A DNA stretch of 64,000 nt, from contig JBMONI010000004.1 in the NCBI GenBank assembly GCA_049324575.1, positions 43,960 through 107,959 on the forward strand, given 5' to 3'. The stretch's first letter is position 1. Each line of letters opens with the position of its first letter. A program made the position numbers and the translations under genes. Origin of the DNA: Candidatus Omnitrophota bacterium (lineage in GTDB: Bacteria; Omnitrophota; Omnitrophia; Omnitrophales; Aquincolibacteriaceae). The notes beneath the pieces are model-generated. The model saw only the letters and a program-made list of their open reading frames with translations, had not been told where the DNA came from and did not search any database. This document shows, one piece after another, positions 37,009 to 45,853 of this stretch.

Positions 37009-37045
37009 GGGGTATTATACACAAATCCCCCGCCTTGACTACGCT
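37009..37045 (-). promoter_or_regulatory. Possible sigma70-like promoter for tRNA-Ala (perfect TATAAT -10; weak -35)
   Basis: The minus strand reads ...GTAGTCAAGGCGGGGGATTTGTGTATAATACCCCG... about 35 nt upstream of the mature tRNA 5' end. The -35 element is poor. Confidence 0.25.
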
Positions 37046-37881
37046 GTTTTGGAAACCCCGGCCTCCGCCAGATAAGCCGCCAGGGCGCGCAGGGACTCCT
37101 CCCGTTCCTTCTCATGAAAGATCTCGTGATAGAACTTGGAAAAAACCTTCATGACCTTGCGCGGACTCCGGATCTTGGAAAAGATCTCCTTCGTGGCTCC
37201 GAAATCCACGACCCGCTCGTCCCCCGCCAGCAATCCGTAGACCGGGAACGGGACGTTCCAGGAACCCGATCCGAGCAGATAGTCGCTTTGATCGATCATG
37301 GCGTGAAGAAGGCGCGTCGAGACCTTGCGGCGCACGAACGGGTCCTTCTTGTATTTTTCCATTTCCTCCTCGTCATGCGTAAGGAACGGAGGATAGACCG
37401 GATTCATATAGGAAAAACGCGGAATGGATTCGCTGAACGTCCGGTTGAGGTGTTTCAGGATCTTCGGGATCACGATCCCGAAGCAGGGCGAAAAAAGGAA
37501 AAGCGCCCGGATGCGCTCCGGCCGGCGGAGCGCGTAGGAGAAAGCGACCAATCCGCCGAGGCTGTTCCCGGCAACCAGGTAGGGCCCGGCCGCCTGACGC
37601 TCTTTTTCGAGCATCTCGATGAAAGCGTCGGCGTCCTTCAAAAAATCTTCGAAGGTCTCGACATACATCTCCTGCCCCTCGGAGCGGCCGTGGCCCCGGT
37701 AATCGAAGGCGGCGGTCGAAAAGCCGAGCTTCTCGGCCTCATGATCGACATTGGCAAAGCGGCCGGAATGTTCGCCGAGGCCGTGCAGGATCAAAAGCCA
37801 CGGTTTGCCCGCTTCCCCGGCACGGACCCGGTAAAAAAGCCGGGTCCCGTCGAAAGTGCGAAAATATCCCATGTCCTTCAT
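37039..37881 (-). CDS. Alpha/beta-hydrolase, lysophospholipase/monoacylglycerol-lipase-like
   Basis: MKDMGYFRTFDGTRLFYRV...LILHGLGEHSGRF...GNSLGG (GxSxG nucleophile elbow). ATG at 37881-37879 overlaps the upstream gene's TGA (ATGA overlap). The track's longer N-terminal extension to 38391 is Arg/Gly-rich and overlaps the acyl-CoA synthetase gene, so I reject it. Confidence 0.8.
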   Translation of the reverse strand: MKDMGYFRTFDGTRLFYRVRAGEAGKPWLLILHGLGEHSGRFANVDHEAEKLGFSTAAFDYRGHGRSEGQEMYVETFEDFLKDADAFIEMLEKERQAAGPYLVAGNSLGGLVAFSYALRRPERIRALFLFSPCFGIVIPKILKHLNRTFSESIPRFSYMNPVYPPFLTHDEEEMEKYKKDPFVRRKVSTRLLHAMIDQSDYLLGSGSWNVPFPVYGLLAGDERVVDFGATKEIFSKIRSPRKVMKVFSKFYHEIFHEKEREESLRALAAYLAEAGVSKTA

Positions 37882-39710
37882 AGGGCCCCCGACGCCGCCT
37901 GAGCCTGGCGTCCGCGCGCATAAAGCACTTCGACCGCCGCATGATAATGATCGGCGATCACGCGGCGTCGCAGTTTCATCGTCGGCGTCATTTCTCCCCG
38001 CCCCTGAGTGAATTCTTCCTCGATCAGCGCCACGAATTTCACTTGCTGGAAGGACGGGCAATCGCTCAAACGGCCCCGGACACTCGTTTCGACATGCTCC
38101 AGGATCTTCGGAGCTTGAAGAATTTCCGCATAACCCGTTTCCCGGATGCCGAGATCGCGGGCCAGCGAAAGGATCATCTCCCGTTCGGGCACAACGAGCG
38201 CCACCAGATAGGGCCGCCGGTCCCCCAGGATCACGACCTGGCGAATCAAGGGATCCTCCAGAAGACAGGCCTCGAGCGGCTGCGGCGCGATATTCTTGCC
38301 GGCCGCGGTAATAATGATGTCTTTCTTTCGGTCCGTGATCCACAAATAACCGTCCGCGTCGAGACGCCCGATGTCGCCGGTGCGGAACCAATCGCCGTCG
38401 AAGCTCTCTCGCGTCACCGCTTCATGGTTCCAATAACCCTGCATGACGCAAGGCCCCCGGGTCAGGATCTCCCCGTCCTCGGCGACTTTCACCTCGACGC
38501 CGGGAATACATCGGCCGACCGAGCCGAAGCGCACGTTTTCAATCGCATTCGCCGAGATCACCGGCGAGGTCTCGGTGAGTCCGTAGCCTTCCAGAATCAC
38601 CCACCCGATCGCATCGAAGAATTCCGCGATCTCTTTGCCGAGCGGAGCGCCTCCGGAAACGAAAAAGCGGATCCGGCCTCCGAGCTCGGCGCGGATCTTC
38701 CCGAAAAAGAGGGCCTTGCCGATCCCGTAGGCCAGAAGCGCGAGCCAGTCCACCCGCTCCCCGCGGCGGCGATTGGCCTTTACGGCGCACGCGTTCTTGA
38801 GCAGGGCCAGGATGAGGTTCCGCAGAAAACCGGGTTTGGCGCGCACGGCCCGATCGATCTTCTCGCGGATCTTCTCGAAAAACCTCGGGACCGCGATCAC
38901 GACCGTCGGACGGACCCGGCGGACATCCTCGGCCACGGTCTGCATCCCGCGAGCATAGGCGATCGTTGCGCCGGAGGAGAGCATGAAATAATAACCGGCC
39001 ATCCGTTCAAAAATATGGCTCAGCGGAAGGAAGGAAAGACACGTGTCGGTATCCCGGATATGGATCGGGGTCCTGGACCCCTCGATATTCTTTAGAATAT
39101 TCCCGTGGGTCAGCATCACGCCCTTGGGCTCCCCCGTCGTCCCGGAAGTGTAGATCAGGGTCGCGAGATCGGCGCTCGCCACACGCACGAGCTGTGTCCG
39201 CACATCGAAACCCGCGTCCGGCTCTTCCGCGGCAATCTTCATAAAATCTTCGAAGCGCACCCGTTTCGGATGCTCCCCTTCCACATCATGGAAAGTGATG
39301 ACCTTGAGGATCTGGGGATTGCGGTCGAGAAGCGGCAGGAGTTTTTTCCACTGCTCGGGGCCGGAAATAAAAAGGACCTTGATCTCCGAATCGCGCAAAA
39401 TGTAATCGATCTCGAAGGCCGCCGTCGTCGGGTAGACTGGAACGACGACCGCGCCAAGCGCTAGCGCAGCCAGATCGGCATAGGTCCATTCCGGCATATT
39501 CTCGGATAAAATGCCGACGCGGTCCGTTTTACTGATGCCGATCTTCCATAAGGCCTGCGCCGTCCGGACGACTTGGCCGGCCCATTGCGTCCAGGAAAGC
39601 GCACGGCGTTTTCGGGGATCCTGGGGATCGAGGGTCAGGAGGGCCTTCCGCTTTCCATACCGCTCCGCGGAAAAGAAGAACATCTGAGCAAGGTTCTGTG
39701 GCTCCGTCAT
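37878..39710 (-). CDS. Long-chain-fatty-acid--CoA ligase (AMP-forming acyl-CoA synthetase)
   Basis: AMP-binding signature LIYTSGTTGEPKGVMLTHGN; also GYGLTETS, TGDIGRLDADGYLWITDRKKD and MKLRR. Start chosen at ATG 39710 (MTEPQNLAQMFFFSAERYG). The track's alternative upstream ATG is at 39788. Confidence 0.85.
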   Translation of the reverse strand: MTEPQNLAQMFFFSAERYGKRKALLTLDPQDPRKRRALSWTQWAGQVVRTAQALWKIGISKTDRVGILSENMPEWTYADLAALALGAVVVPVYPTTAAFEIDYILRDSEIKVLFISGPEQWKKLLPLLDRNPQILKVITFHDVEGEHPKRVRFEDFMKIAAEEPDAGFDVRTQLVRVASADLATLIYTSGTTGEPKGVMLTHGNILKNIEGSRTPIHIRDTDTCLSFLPLSHIFERMAGYYFMLSSGATIAYARGMQTVAEDVRRVRPTVVIAVPRFFEKIREKIDRAVRAKPGFLRNLILALLKNACAVKANRRRGERVDWLALLAYGIGKALFFGKIRAELGGRIRFFVSGGAPLGKEIAEFFDAIGWVILEGYGLTETSPVISANAIENVRFGSVGRCIPGVEVKVAEDGEILTRGPCVMQGYWNHEAVTRESFDGDWFRTGDIGRLDADGYLWITDRKKDIIITAAGKNIAPQPLEACLLEDPLIRQVVILGDRRPYLVALVVPEREMILSLARDLGIRETGYAEILQAPKILEHVETSVRGRLSDCPSFQQVKFVALIEEEFTQGRGEMTPTMKLRRRVIADHYHAAVEVLYARGRQAQAASGAL

Positions 39711-39723
39711 GGGCTCTCGAGAA

Positions 39724-40446
39724 TCAAAACTCTTCGTTCTCAGGAGGAGGTTTAACCGCCACGGTTCCCGCCGCGGTCCCGGCGTCATCCTTCACGGCCG
39801 GAGAAGCCGTCGTGGAAACCGTTTGTTTGGGAGATCCCGTTTTGCTTACGGCCGTCTGGGTCTCAGTTTTAACGGCCGCAGCCGTTTTTTCCGCGCCGGC
39901 CGTCAAAGTCGACGTCGCTTTCGCGAGCGGCGAAGAACCCGGCTGTTTCAAGTCCGGGGCCGCGGCTTGGGCATCCTTCTTTCCGGCTTCCGCAGGGCTC
40001 CCGGCATCGGCTTCCTCTTTGCGGATCTCTTCCAGGATCCGCTCATGCACATTGGCCTGGCGCATCATCTGGCTCAGGGCCGCATTGCCCGCCGCGCCGG
40101 CTCCGCTCGTCTGGATCGCGCTGACTTGCCGCAGGAGGCGCGTGATATTCGTATCGACGCCGCCCGCCGGACCGGCTACGGCCGGGGTTTTCGTCGCCGT
40201 GTAAATCTTCGGAACCTTAGGAATGCGGTAGACCGTCGGAACCGCCCCGGCTTTCATCGCTCTGGGAACGGCCGTCCCCGCACCGGTATTGAGATCCCCC
40301 ACTGCGCTGGACGCGCTGGTTTCGACCGTTTTCGATGTTTCGGCGGTTTTAGAACGGCTTGCCTTGGGCTTCAACGAAAATAACATGATAAGGACAAGGA
40401 TGCCGATCCCCCCGAGGATAAGCGCCGCAACGATCTTGTTCTTCAT
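39724..40446 (-). CDS. Hypothetical membrane-anchored protein with a low-complexity Ala/Thr/Lys-rich extracytoplasmic region
   Basis: Start MKNKIVAALILGGIGILVLIMLFSLKP (ATG 40446-40444, ATGA overlap with the upstream stop). The rest is TAETSKTVETSASS...AAAVKTETQTAVSK low complexity. The track ORF extends further upstream into the enoyl-CoA hydratase gene, which I reject. Confidence 0.5.
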   Translation of the reverse strand: MKNKIVAALILGGIGILVLIMLFSLKPKASRSKTAETSKTVETSASSAVGDLNTGAGTAVPRAMKAGAVPTVYRIPKVPKIYTATKTPAVAGPAGGVDTNITRLLRQVSAIQTSGAGAAGNAALSQMMRQANVHERILEEIRKEEADAGSPAEAGKKDAQAAAPDLKQPGSSPLAKATSTLTAGAEKTAAAVKTETQTAVSKTGSPKQTVSTTASPAVKDDAGTAAGTVAVKPPPENEEF

Positions 40447-41246
40447 AGAAGCCCCTTCTCTGTCTTGTTGAATCGAGGTGTTCTTTTTTCGATAAAAGCC
40501 CGCAAACCCTCTTCCCGGTCCCGGGTCCCCGTCAGGCCTGAAAATAATTCTGATTCGATCTCTTCCCCCGGCCGGCCGCCGCGTTCCCGGGCGGCTTTTA
40601 AGGCTTTTTTGGCGGCGCCGATCGCCATCGCGCTCGCACGGCTCATGCGCTCTGAAAATCTTTCGGCTTTTTTCTGAAAGCCCCAATCGCTTTCCAGATA
40701 ATCGACCCCGCCGGCTCGAAAAAACTCCCGGGCCGGCACCGGATCCCCCGTGAGGATCCACTTGCGAGCCGCCGATTCCCCGACCAGCCGGGGCAGGCGC
40801 TGGGTCCCGCCGAACCCCGGTATTATACCCAAACGGATCTCGGGTTGTGCAAAAACCGCGCTCCGGGCGGCGATCCTCAGATCGAAGGCCATTGCAAGTT
40901 CCATCCCGCCGCCGATACAGCGGCCGCGGATCGCCGCGACGGTCAGTTTCTCGGAGGCTTCGAGCTTTCGCAACAGCGCAGTCCCTTTGCGGACCACGCG
41001 GAGGACCTCCTCGGCGGTCCCGAGCCCCGCCATCGCTTTGATATCCACCCCGGCCGAAAAGATCTTCGGCAGAGCAGAGACCAGCAGGATCACGCGCACC
41101 TCGGCGTCCCCTTCGAGACCGGTCAGAATCGAGTCGAGTTCGTCGATCGCGTCCATCCCGAGAAGGTTCAAGGGAGGATGGTCCCAGACAATCTTGGCGA
41201 CCCCTGGCATACGTTCGAGTTTAAAAGAACTTGTCGTCGGCATCAT
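40443..41246 (-). CDS. Enoyl-CoA hydratase/isomerase (crotonase) family protein
   Basis: Crotonase-fold hallmarks: KIFSAGVDIKAM...AAIRGRCIGGGMELAMAFDLRIAARSAVFAQPEIRLGIIPGFGGTQRLPRLVG. Confidence 0.85.
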   Translation of the reverse strand: MMPTTSSFKLERMPGVAKIVWDHPPLNLLGMDAIDELDSILTGLEGDAEVRVILLVSALPKIFSAGVDIKAMAGLGTAEEVLRVVRKGTALLRKLEASEKLTVAAIRGRCIGGGMELAMAFDLRIAARSAVFAQPEIRLGIIPGFGGTQRLPRLVGESAARKWILTGDPVPAREFFRAGGVDYLESDWGFQKKAERFSERMSRASAMAIGAAKKALKAARERGGRPGEEIESELFSGLTGTRDREEGLRAFIEKRTPRFNKTEKGLL

Positions 41247-41274
41247 TCTCTTTCAGGAAGGCCTGCCCCGGGTC

Positions 41275-43287
41275 CTATTCTAGCACAAGCTGACGAATCT
41301 CTTCGAGGCGCTTTCGGGCCACGCTTTCGCCGGCCTGGATGAATTTTTTGGCCTGATGAAATTCGGTCCAATGGGCGTCCGGCACGTCGGGATGAAGATA
41401 GATATCCGCATCCTGCCCCGCCAACTGGGCCAGTTCATATTCCATAAAGAGGATTGCGTTCCCGATCACCGTCAGGAGGCTCGTGTCCTTCTGCTTCTTC
41501 ATCCGGAAGCGGGCGCCCTCGATCCACCGGGCAAGGCGCGGATGATGTGCGATCGTCCTGAGCTCGCGGTATTGGGACGCCGCGTCTGTCTCCGCGATCC
41601 TCTGGCGTTCCTTGTAATTGGCCAGGACATTGACCGCGATGATTTTCTTCACCCCGCGGCGGCGGAGCGGACTCACCGGAAGCGGGTCCACAATCCCTCC
41701 GTCTATATATTCCTGATCATGATAGCGGACCGGTTCGAAAACCCCCGGGATGGAAATGCTGGCGCGAAGGGCATCCACGACGCGCCCGCGCTCGAAGATG
41801 ACCTCTTCGGCGCTGGCCAGACGCGTTGCCGTGACCAGGACCGGGGTCCTGAGGTCCTGAAAGGTCGTATTCCCGAGATACCGCTCCATGAACTTGACCA
41901 TCTGCCGTCCTTTGATCACCCCCCGGACGAAGAACGAGAGATCCCGAAAGCCGATCAGTTTGGCGAACGCCGCGCGCTGGGAATCCAGAGAACAGGCGAT
42001 CTCCTCGAGTCGGTCGGCTTCGATCCCGGATGCCCAGAAAGCTCCCAGGAACGCGCCGATGCTCGAGCCCGCCACGATATCGACAGGAATATTCTCGCGC
42101 TCGAGGACCCGCAGGATCCCGATATGGGCAAGGCCGTACGCAGCCCCGCTTCCCAGGGCAAGCCCGATCAATTTTCCGGCGAAATCCCGCGCGAGATAAT
42201 GCACGGCGCGGTGGTACCGAGCAGGCTCTTGCGCCGCATCGGGAACGACATTGGAGATCCGGAAACTGATCCGCTTTTCGATCTCTGCCATCCGGGCGAC
42301 GCTCGAGGCGTCCGCCCACCGGGCGAGCACGCGAATATCGCTCGGGCTGAATTTATATTCCTCCTGGAATTTCTGGAGTGAAAACGACATTTTCCGAAGC
42401 TCCCCGAAATCCTGGTCCGCAAAAAGGTAGATCGTATCGGTATCCTGCAGGACCGCTTTCAACAAGGGGTCCGGCATTGCCTCCGCGCGGATCATGACAT
42501 GGTCGAAATGTTCGGTAAAATGCGCGAGGATCCTGCGCAGCGGGTGCTCGTCATGCGCTTCGGCCTCCCGGATATCGATATTCACATAGGCATACCCGGA
42601 AAGATACGGAACGGAGCGGAAGCGGCCCTCCTGCGGGCCCTCGCTCAAGGCGAACGGTTGCATTTTCTCGGCCGGGATCCCCCGGGGCACCGCGCGCCCC
42701 CCGCGGGCGTTCAGGTCGATCAGAACGACCGAACTTTTCGTTTCTTTGACGAGCGCCGCGCAAAGATCCGAAATAAACTCCACCGTATCCGGCTCTCCTT
42801 CGCGAGCGATCAGCGTGCCGATCCGCACTTCACGCGCATTCTTGGCTCGCCGCGTGAGCCGATGCCCGAGCGAGCGGTTCAGGTAGACCACGACCGCGGG
42901 AATGTCCCGGGCCAGCACCTTGAAGTCCTCTTTTTCGATCCTGAGAAGGATGCCGTCCCGCTTGGCTTCGACCGTCACACTGTGGGGAAGATCGTTCAGG
43001 ATGGAGATCTCGCCGAAGTGTTCTCCGCGATAGGCATAAAAAAGCGTACTTTCGGTCCCGGACGGCTGGGCCGCGGCCGAGACGCGGAAACGCCCGGCGA
43101 TCACGATATAGAAAGCGTCCGCCGACTGGCCCTGCCGGTAAACGATATCGCCCCGGCGGTACTCGACAAAACGCGCGCATTTTTCGATCTGGCGGAGTTC
43201 GGACGGAGTCAGAGACGCAAAAAAAGGAATGTCGGCAGGCAGACGATTCTCGGCCTCATTTTTCCGGTTAAAGCGAAAGAAATCCAT
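41275..43287 (-). CDS. Cyclic-nucleotide-binding domain fused to a patatin-like phospholipase (NTE/RssA-like)
   Basis: N-terminal cNMP-binding-like region (YRQGQSADAFYIVIAGRFRV...GEISIL). Patatin motifs GLALGSGAAYGLAHIG (Gly-rich oxyanion) and GSSIGAFLG (GxSxG), then DGG (YIDGGIVDPLP). Confidence 0.8.
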   Translation of the reverse strand: MDFFRFNRKNEAENRLPADIPFFASLTPSELRQIEKCARFVEYRRGDIVYRQGQSADAFYIVIAGRFRVSAAAQPSGTESTLFYAYRGEHFGEISILNDLPHSVTVEAKRDGILLRIEKEDFKVLARDIPAVVVYLNRSLGHRLTRRAKNAREVRIGTLIAREGEPDTVEFISDLCAALVKETKSSVVLIDLNARGGRAVPRGIPAEKMQPFALSEGPQEGRFRSVPYLSGYAYVNIDIREAEAHDEHPLRRILAHFTEHFDHVMIRAEAMPDPLLKAVLQDTDTIYLFADQDFGELRKMSFSLQKFQEEYKFSPSDIRVLARWADASSVARMAEIEKRISFRISNVVPDAAQEPARYHRAVHYLARDFAGKLIGLALGSGAAYGLAHIGILRVLERENIPVDIVAGSSIGAFLGAFWASGIEADRLEEIACSLDSQRAAFAKLIGFRDLSFFVRGVIKGRQMVKFMERYLGNTTFQDLRTPVLVTATRLASAEEVIFERGRVVDALRASISIPGVFEPVRYHDQEYIDGGIVDPLPVSPLRRRGVKKIIAVNVLANYKERQRIAETDAASQYRELRTIAHHPRLARWIEGARFRMKKQKDTSLLTVIGNAILFMEYELAQLAGQDADIYLHPDVPDAHWTEFHQAKKFIQAGESVARKRLEEIRQLVLE

Positions 43288-43440
43288 ACTTTAATTATCG
43301 GAATCCGGGTGGGTCCGCTTAACATGCTCCCCGGAACATTTCCTACGTCGCAAGCCATCCGGAAACGGTTTGATTTCGAGGACGAGAAAACGGCCTGTCA
43401 GAAAAAAACAGACCGCGGACGATTGGGAGGAGAGGACGGG

Positions 43441-43472
43441 AAAAACGGCGCGCCCCGAGAGGAAAAAGGGGC
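43441..43472 (-). terminator. Putative intrinsic terminator downstream of the PilZ gene
   Basis: Minus strand GCCCCTTTTTCCTCTCGGGGC hairpin followed by GCGCCGTTTTT, 17-48 nt after the TAA at 43491-43489. Confidence 0.35.
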
Positions 43473-43488
43473 AAAACGCGATCCTTAT

Positions 43489-43881
43489 TTATTTGGATCC
43501 CTGAATATCCTCGGGATCGGAAAAATCATTAACCTTGGTCTCAAGCCAATGATTGTAGGCGTAGTCCAGAACCCGGAATTTATCGACGGGGTCCATCATC
43601 ACGAACCGGACGCCCTGATCGTATCCCTGGTTCTTTCCTTCCGAGACCCGGGACCACATCACCTTGCCGGTCGTTTTGACGGGCTTCGGATCGTCGGGAA
43701 TATCGATCTCGAGATCGAGAAGGGTCCCGGTGCGCACGTCGGTCGTGGAGTTCATCTTGAGTCCGTCGCGGGAAAGATCACGGCTGAGGCTGATCCCCTT
43801 CGCAGCGTCATCTTCGGACGATTTGTAGCGGACGCTCATGAAAGCATCGAATCTCTTGAACTTCCTGCGCTCTTTTTCCAT
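43489..43881 (-). CDS. PilZ-domain protein (c-di-GMP receptor)
   Basis: RxxxR motif (ERRKFKRFD) and D-x-S-x-x-G motif (DLSRDGLKM) in a 130-aa single-domain protein. Confidence 0.75.
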   Translation of the reverse strand: MEKERRKFKRFDAFMSVRYKSSEDDAAKGISLSRDLSRDGLKMNSTTDVRTGTLLDLEIDIPDDPKPVKTTGKVMWSRVSEGKNQGYDQGVRFVMMDPVDKFRVLDYAYNHWLETKVNDFSDPEDIQGSK

Positions 43882-44029
43882 GGCTCCCCCTCCTCTCGGG
43901 TTATTTACTTATCGGCACGATGTAAAAGTTCTTAATAAAGTATTAAAATAATGGGGCAAAAAAAAACCCCTAAATCCATTAAAACTATAGCATAGGATCC
44001 CCGAATTTCAAGGGCAGGGGGCGAATTAT

Positions 44030-44527
44030 TTAGCGGTAATTCGTAAACTGGATAGGGATGGGAAGCTCATGAGCCCGGAGGGCCGAAATGACGGCCTGGA
44101 GGTCATCTTTGCTCTTGGACGTGACTCTCACCTGCTCGCCCTGAATAGCCGCCTGGACCTTCAGTTTGGTCTCTTTGATGATCCGGACGATGTCCTTGGC
44201 CGTCTCCTGCGGGATCCCGCACACCAGCTCGACTTCCTGCCGGAGGGTCCCCTCAAAAGCCGCCTCGGGATCCTTGAACTTCAGCGCCTTGATCGCGATC
44301 TTGCGCGCTGCCAGGCGGGTTTTCAGGATGTCCTGCACGTTACGGAGTTTCAGATCGTCATCGGCCAGGATCTTGATCTTTTTTTCGTTGCGGAGGAACT
44401 CGAGCGCGCTTTTCGAATCCTTGAAATCATAGCGGGTCTTCATTTCCTTGACGGCTTGATTGACCGCATTATCGATCTCCTGGAGGTCGATCTCGGACAC
44501 GATATCGAAGGAATTCTGCTGGGCCAT
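44030..44527 (-). CDS. yajQ: YajQ-family (UPF0234) nucleotide/c-di-GMP-binding protein
   Basis: MAQQNSFDIVSEIDLQEIDNAVNQAVKEMKTRYDFKDSKS... is a characteristic YajQ N-terminus, and the ~165-aa length fits. The track's longer ORF to 44779 is an Arg-rich extension overlapping the upstream PilZ gene, rejected. Confidence 0.8.
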   Translation of the reverse strand: MAQQNSFDIVSEIDLQEIDNAVNQAVKEMKTRYDFKDSKSALEFLRNEKKIKILADDDLKLRNVQDILKTRLAARKIAIKALKFKDPEAAFEGTLRQEVELVCGIPQETAKDIVRIIKETKLKVQAAIQGEQVRVTSKSKDDLQAVISALRAHELPIPIQFTNYR

Positions 44528-44529
44528 GT

Positions 44530-44910
44530 TCAGGCAAGGACCTTGAAACCTTTGTCGATCCTGTCTTCGATGAAATGCTTGAGCTGGTCCTGCTTCGCCT
44601 GTGAGAGCCCCACGAACTCGATCCCGGTATCGTAGGCAGCGATCTTGGACGAGCCCGGTATCTTGCGGCCGATGATCCAGCAGATCCGGGCCGGGCATTC
44701 GATCGAACCCTGGCCGTCCATCTCCAGGCGGACCTTGACCGCCTCGAATCGTTCTAGGGGCTCGGATTGGACGATGCAAACGCCGCCCGTGCCGACATTT
44801 TCGGTCACGGCATTAATGACCTTGCGGCCTTTCTCGACGTGGATCGTGACCTCGCACTTCAGCTGGATCCGGGGAAATTTCCGCTGATTGAAGCCGTCCC
44901 ACATAAGCAA
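44530..44910 (-). CDS. PilZ-domain protein (c-di-GMP receptor), second copy
   Basis: QRKFPRIQ (RxxxR) and ENVGTGGVCI (D/N-x-S/T-x-GG) motifs; 126 aa. Confidence 0.7.
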   Translation of the reverse strand: MLMWDGFNQRKFPRIQLKCEVTIHVEKGRKVINAVTENVGTGGVCIVQSEPLERFEAVKVRLEMDGQGSIECPARICWIIGRKIPGSSKIAAYDTGIEFVGLSQAKQDQLKHFIEDRIDKGFKVLA

Positions 44911-44916
44911 GCGCTC

Positions 44917-45843
44917 CTATTCGGTGATCGAACGGACGAAAGCGTCCTGGAAGGTTTTAGAAAATTCGGTCTGCCGGAACTGATGAAGTTTTTCCTGCCC
45001 CATCTGGAAGGTCGAGAACCGTCCGAGATAGACCGTGTGGTATTTGCGCTCCCCGCTCGACTCCCTCCGCATGAAGGCCGTGAAACCGGCGGCTTTCAGT
45101 TTTTCGACCAGCGGGCGTGCATCGGTCTCATTGACATAGGTCGCGATTTGGATCACAAACGTCCGTTGAGCCGGTGCCGCGGTCCCTTGGGTCTTCGCTC
45201 CCTCGACGGGCGTCAGGACCCCCTCGGAACTTTCAAAGGTCGTCGCCACCGGAACCGCGGTTTCCGCGGACGGAGCGTTTTGCTGCGATGGCTTGGCCGC
45301 GGTTTTTTTGGAAAGACCGCTCGAAGTGGACATGGCTTTTTCACGCTGGACATTTAAATAGTGAACGCCCCAGAAAAGGAGCGCGATCCCCGCGATCGAA
45401 AGGCACCACACCGCGATCCGCGCCGCATGGCGTCTCCGTGTCGTGACCAACCGGAGAAGGCCCTCGATCCAACCGTCCCAGAAATTCCCCGTGCGGGCGA
45501 TCGGCTGCGGGATCGCCGCGGCCGGAGACGAGGACGGTTTTTTGTAATAAGGTTCGGGCGGGCGGCTCGCAGCCGGCTGACTGATCACGACCTTGGGAGG
45601 CTCTTTGCGCGGGCTGTCGAAGAGGCCCGGCGCAGGGTCCCTGCCGGCCGGCGCAGCGAACGAACGGCCGGATTCCAGGGTCGGCAGTGAAGCTTTGGGA
45701 GGTACGGCCGGCGACGGGGCTTCTGTTTCCGTCGCGGACCCGCTCCGGCCATGATAATTCCCGTACAGCCGCTTCTGGATCTCTTCTTCCGTCAATTTTT
45801 TCATCGAACCGCTCTTTTTCCCGAATCCGCCGAGCAAACCCAT
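44917..45843 (-). CDS. SPOR-domain membrane protein (septal peptidoglycan binding)
   Basis: Single TM segment (IAVWCLSIAGIALLFWGVHYL), Pro/Ala-rich linker, and a C-terminal SPOR-like domain (FVIQIATYVNETDARPLVEKLKAAGFTAFMRRESSGERKYHTVYLGRFSTFQMGQEK). Confidence 0.7.
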   Translation of the reverse strand: MGLLGGFGKKSGSMKKLTEEEIQKRLYGNYHGRSGSATETEAPSPAVPPKASLPTLESGRSFAAPAGRDPAPGLFDSPRKEPPKVVISQPAASRPPEPYYKKPSSSPAAAIPQPIARTGNFWDGWIEGLLRLVTTRRRHAARIAVWCLSIAGIALLFWGVHYLNVQREKAMSTSSGLSKKTAAKPSQQNAPSAETAVPVATTFESSEGVLTPVEGAKTQGTAAPAQRTFVIQIATYVNETDARPLVEKLKAAGFTAFMRRESSGERKYHTVYLGRFSTFQMGQEKLHQFRQTEFSKTFQDAFVRSITE

Positions 45844-45853
45844 GGGCCACCGC

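Noticed and set aside
37881-38391. Upstream extension of the alpha/beta-hydrolase ORF (track 37039..38391)
   Set aside because: The 170-aa extension is Arg/Gly/Ser-rich, lacks motifs and overlaps the C-terminus of the well-supported acyl-CoA synthetase gene. A start at MKDMGYF with an ATGA overlap is far more plausible.
37941-39095. 384-aa plus-strand ORF antisense to the acyl-CoA synthetase
   Set aside because: No motifs, Arg/His/Pro-rich, opposite a gene with unmistakable AMP-binding signatures.
42499-43935. 478-aa plus-strand ORF antisense to the patatin and PilZ genes
   Set aside because: It spans two well-supported minus-strand genes and an intergenic terminator, and has a low-complexity Arg/Gly/Pro product.
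43952-43969. ggggcaaaaaaaaacccc hairpin downstream of YajQ as a terminator
   Set aside because: The 4-bp stem with a 9-nt A/T loop is too weak to call. It sits in a generally AT-rich promoter-like spacer, so I only mention it.
44528-44779. Upstream extension of the YajQ ORF (track 44030..44779)
   Set aside because: The Arg/Pro-rich extension overlaps the PilZ gene. YajQ proteins start MxxxSFDIVSE, exactly at the internal ATG 44527.
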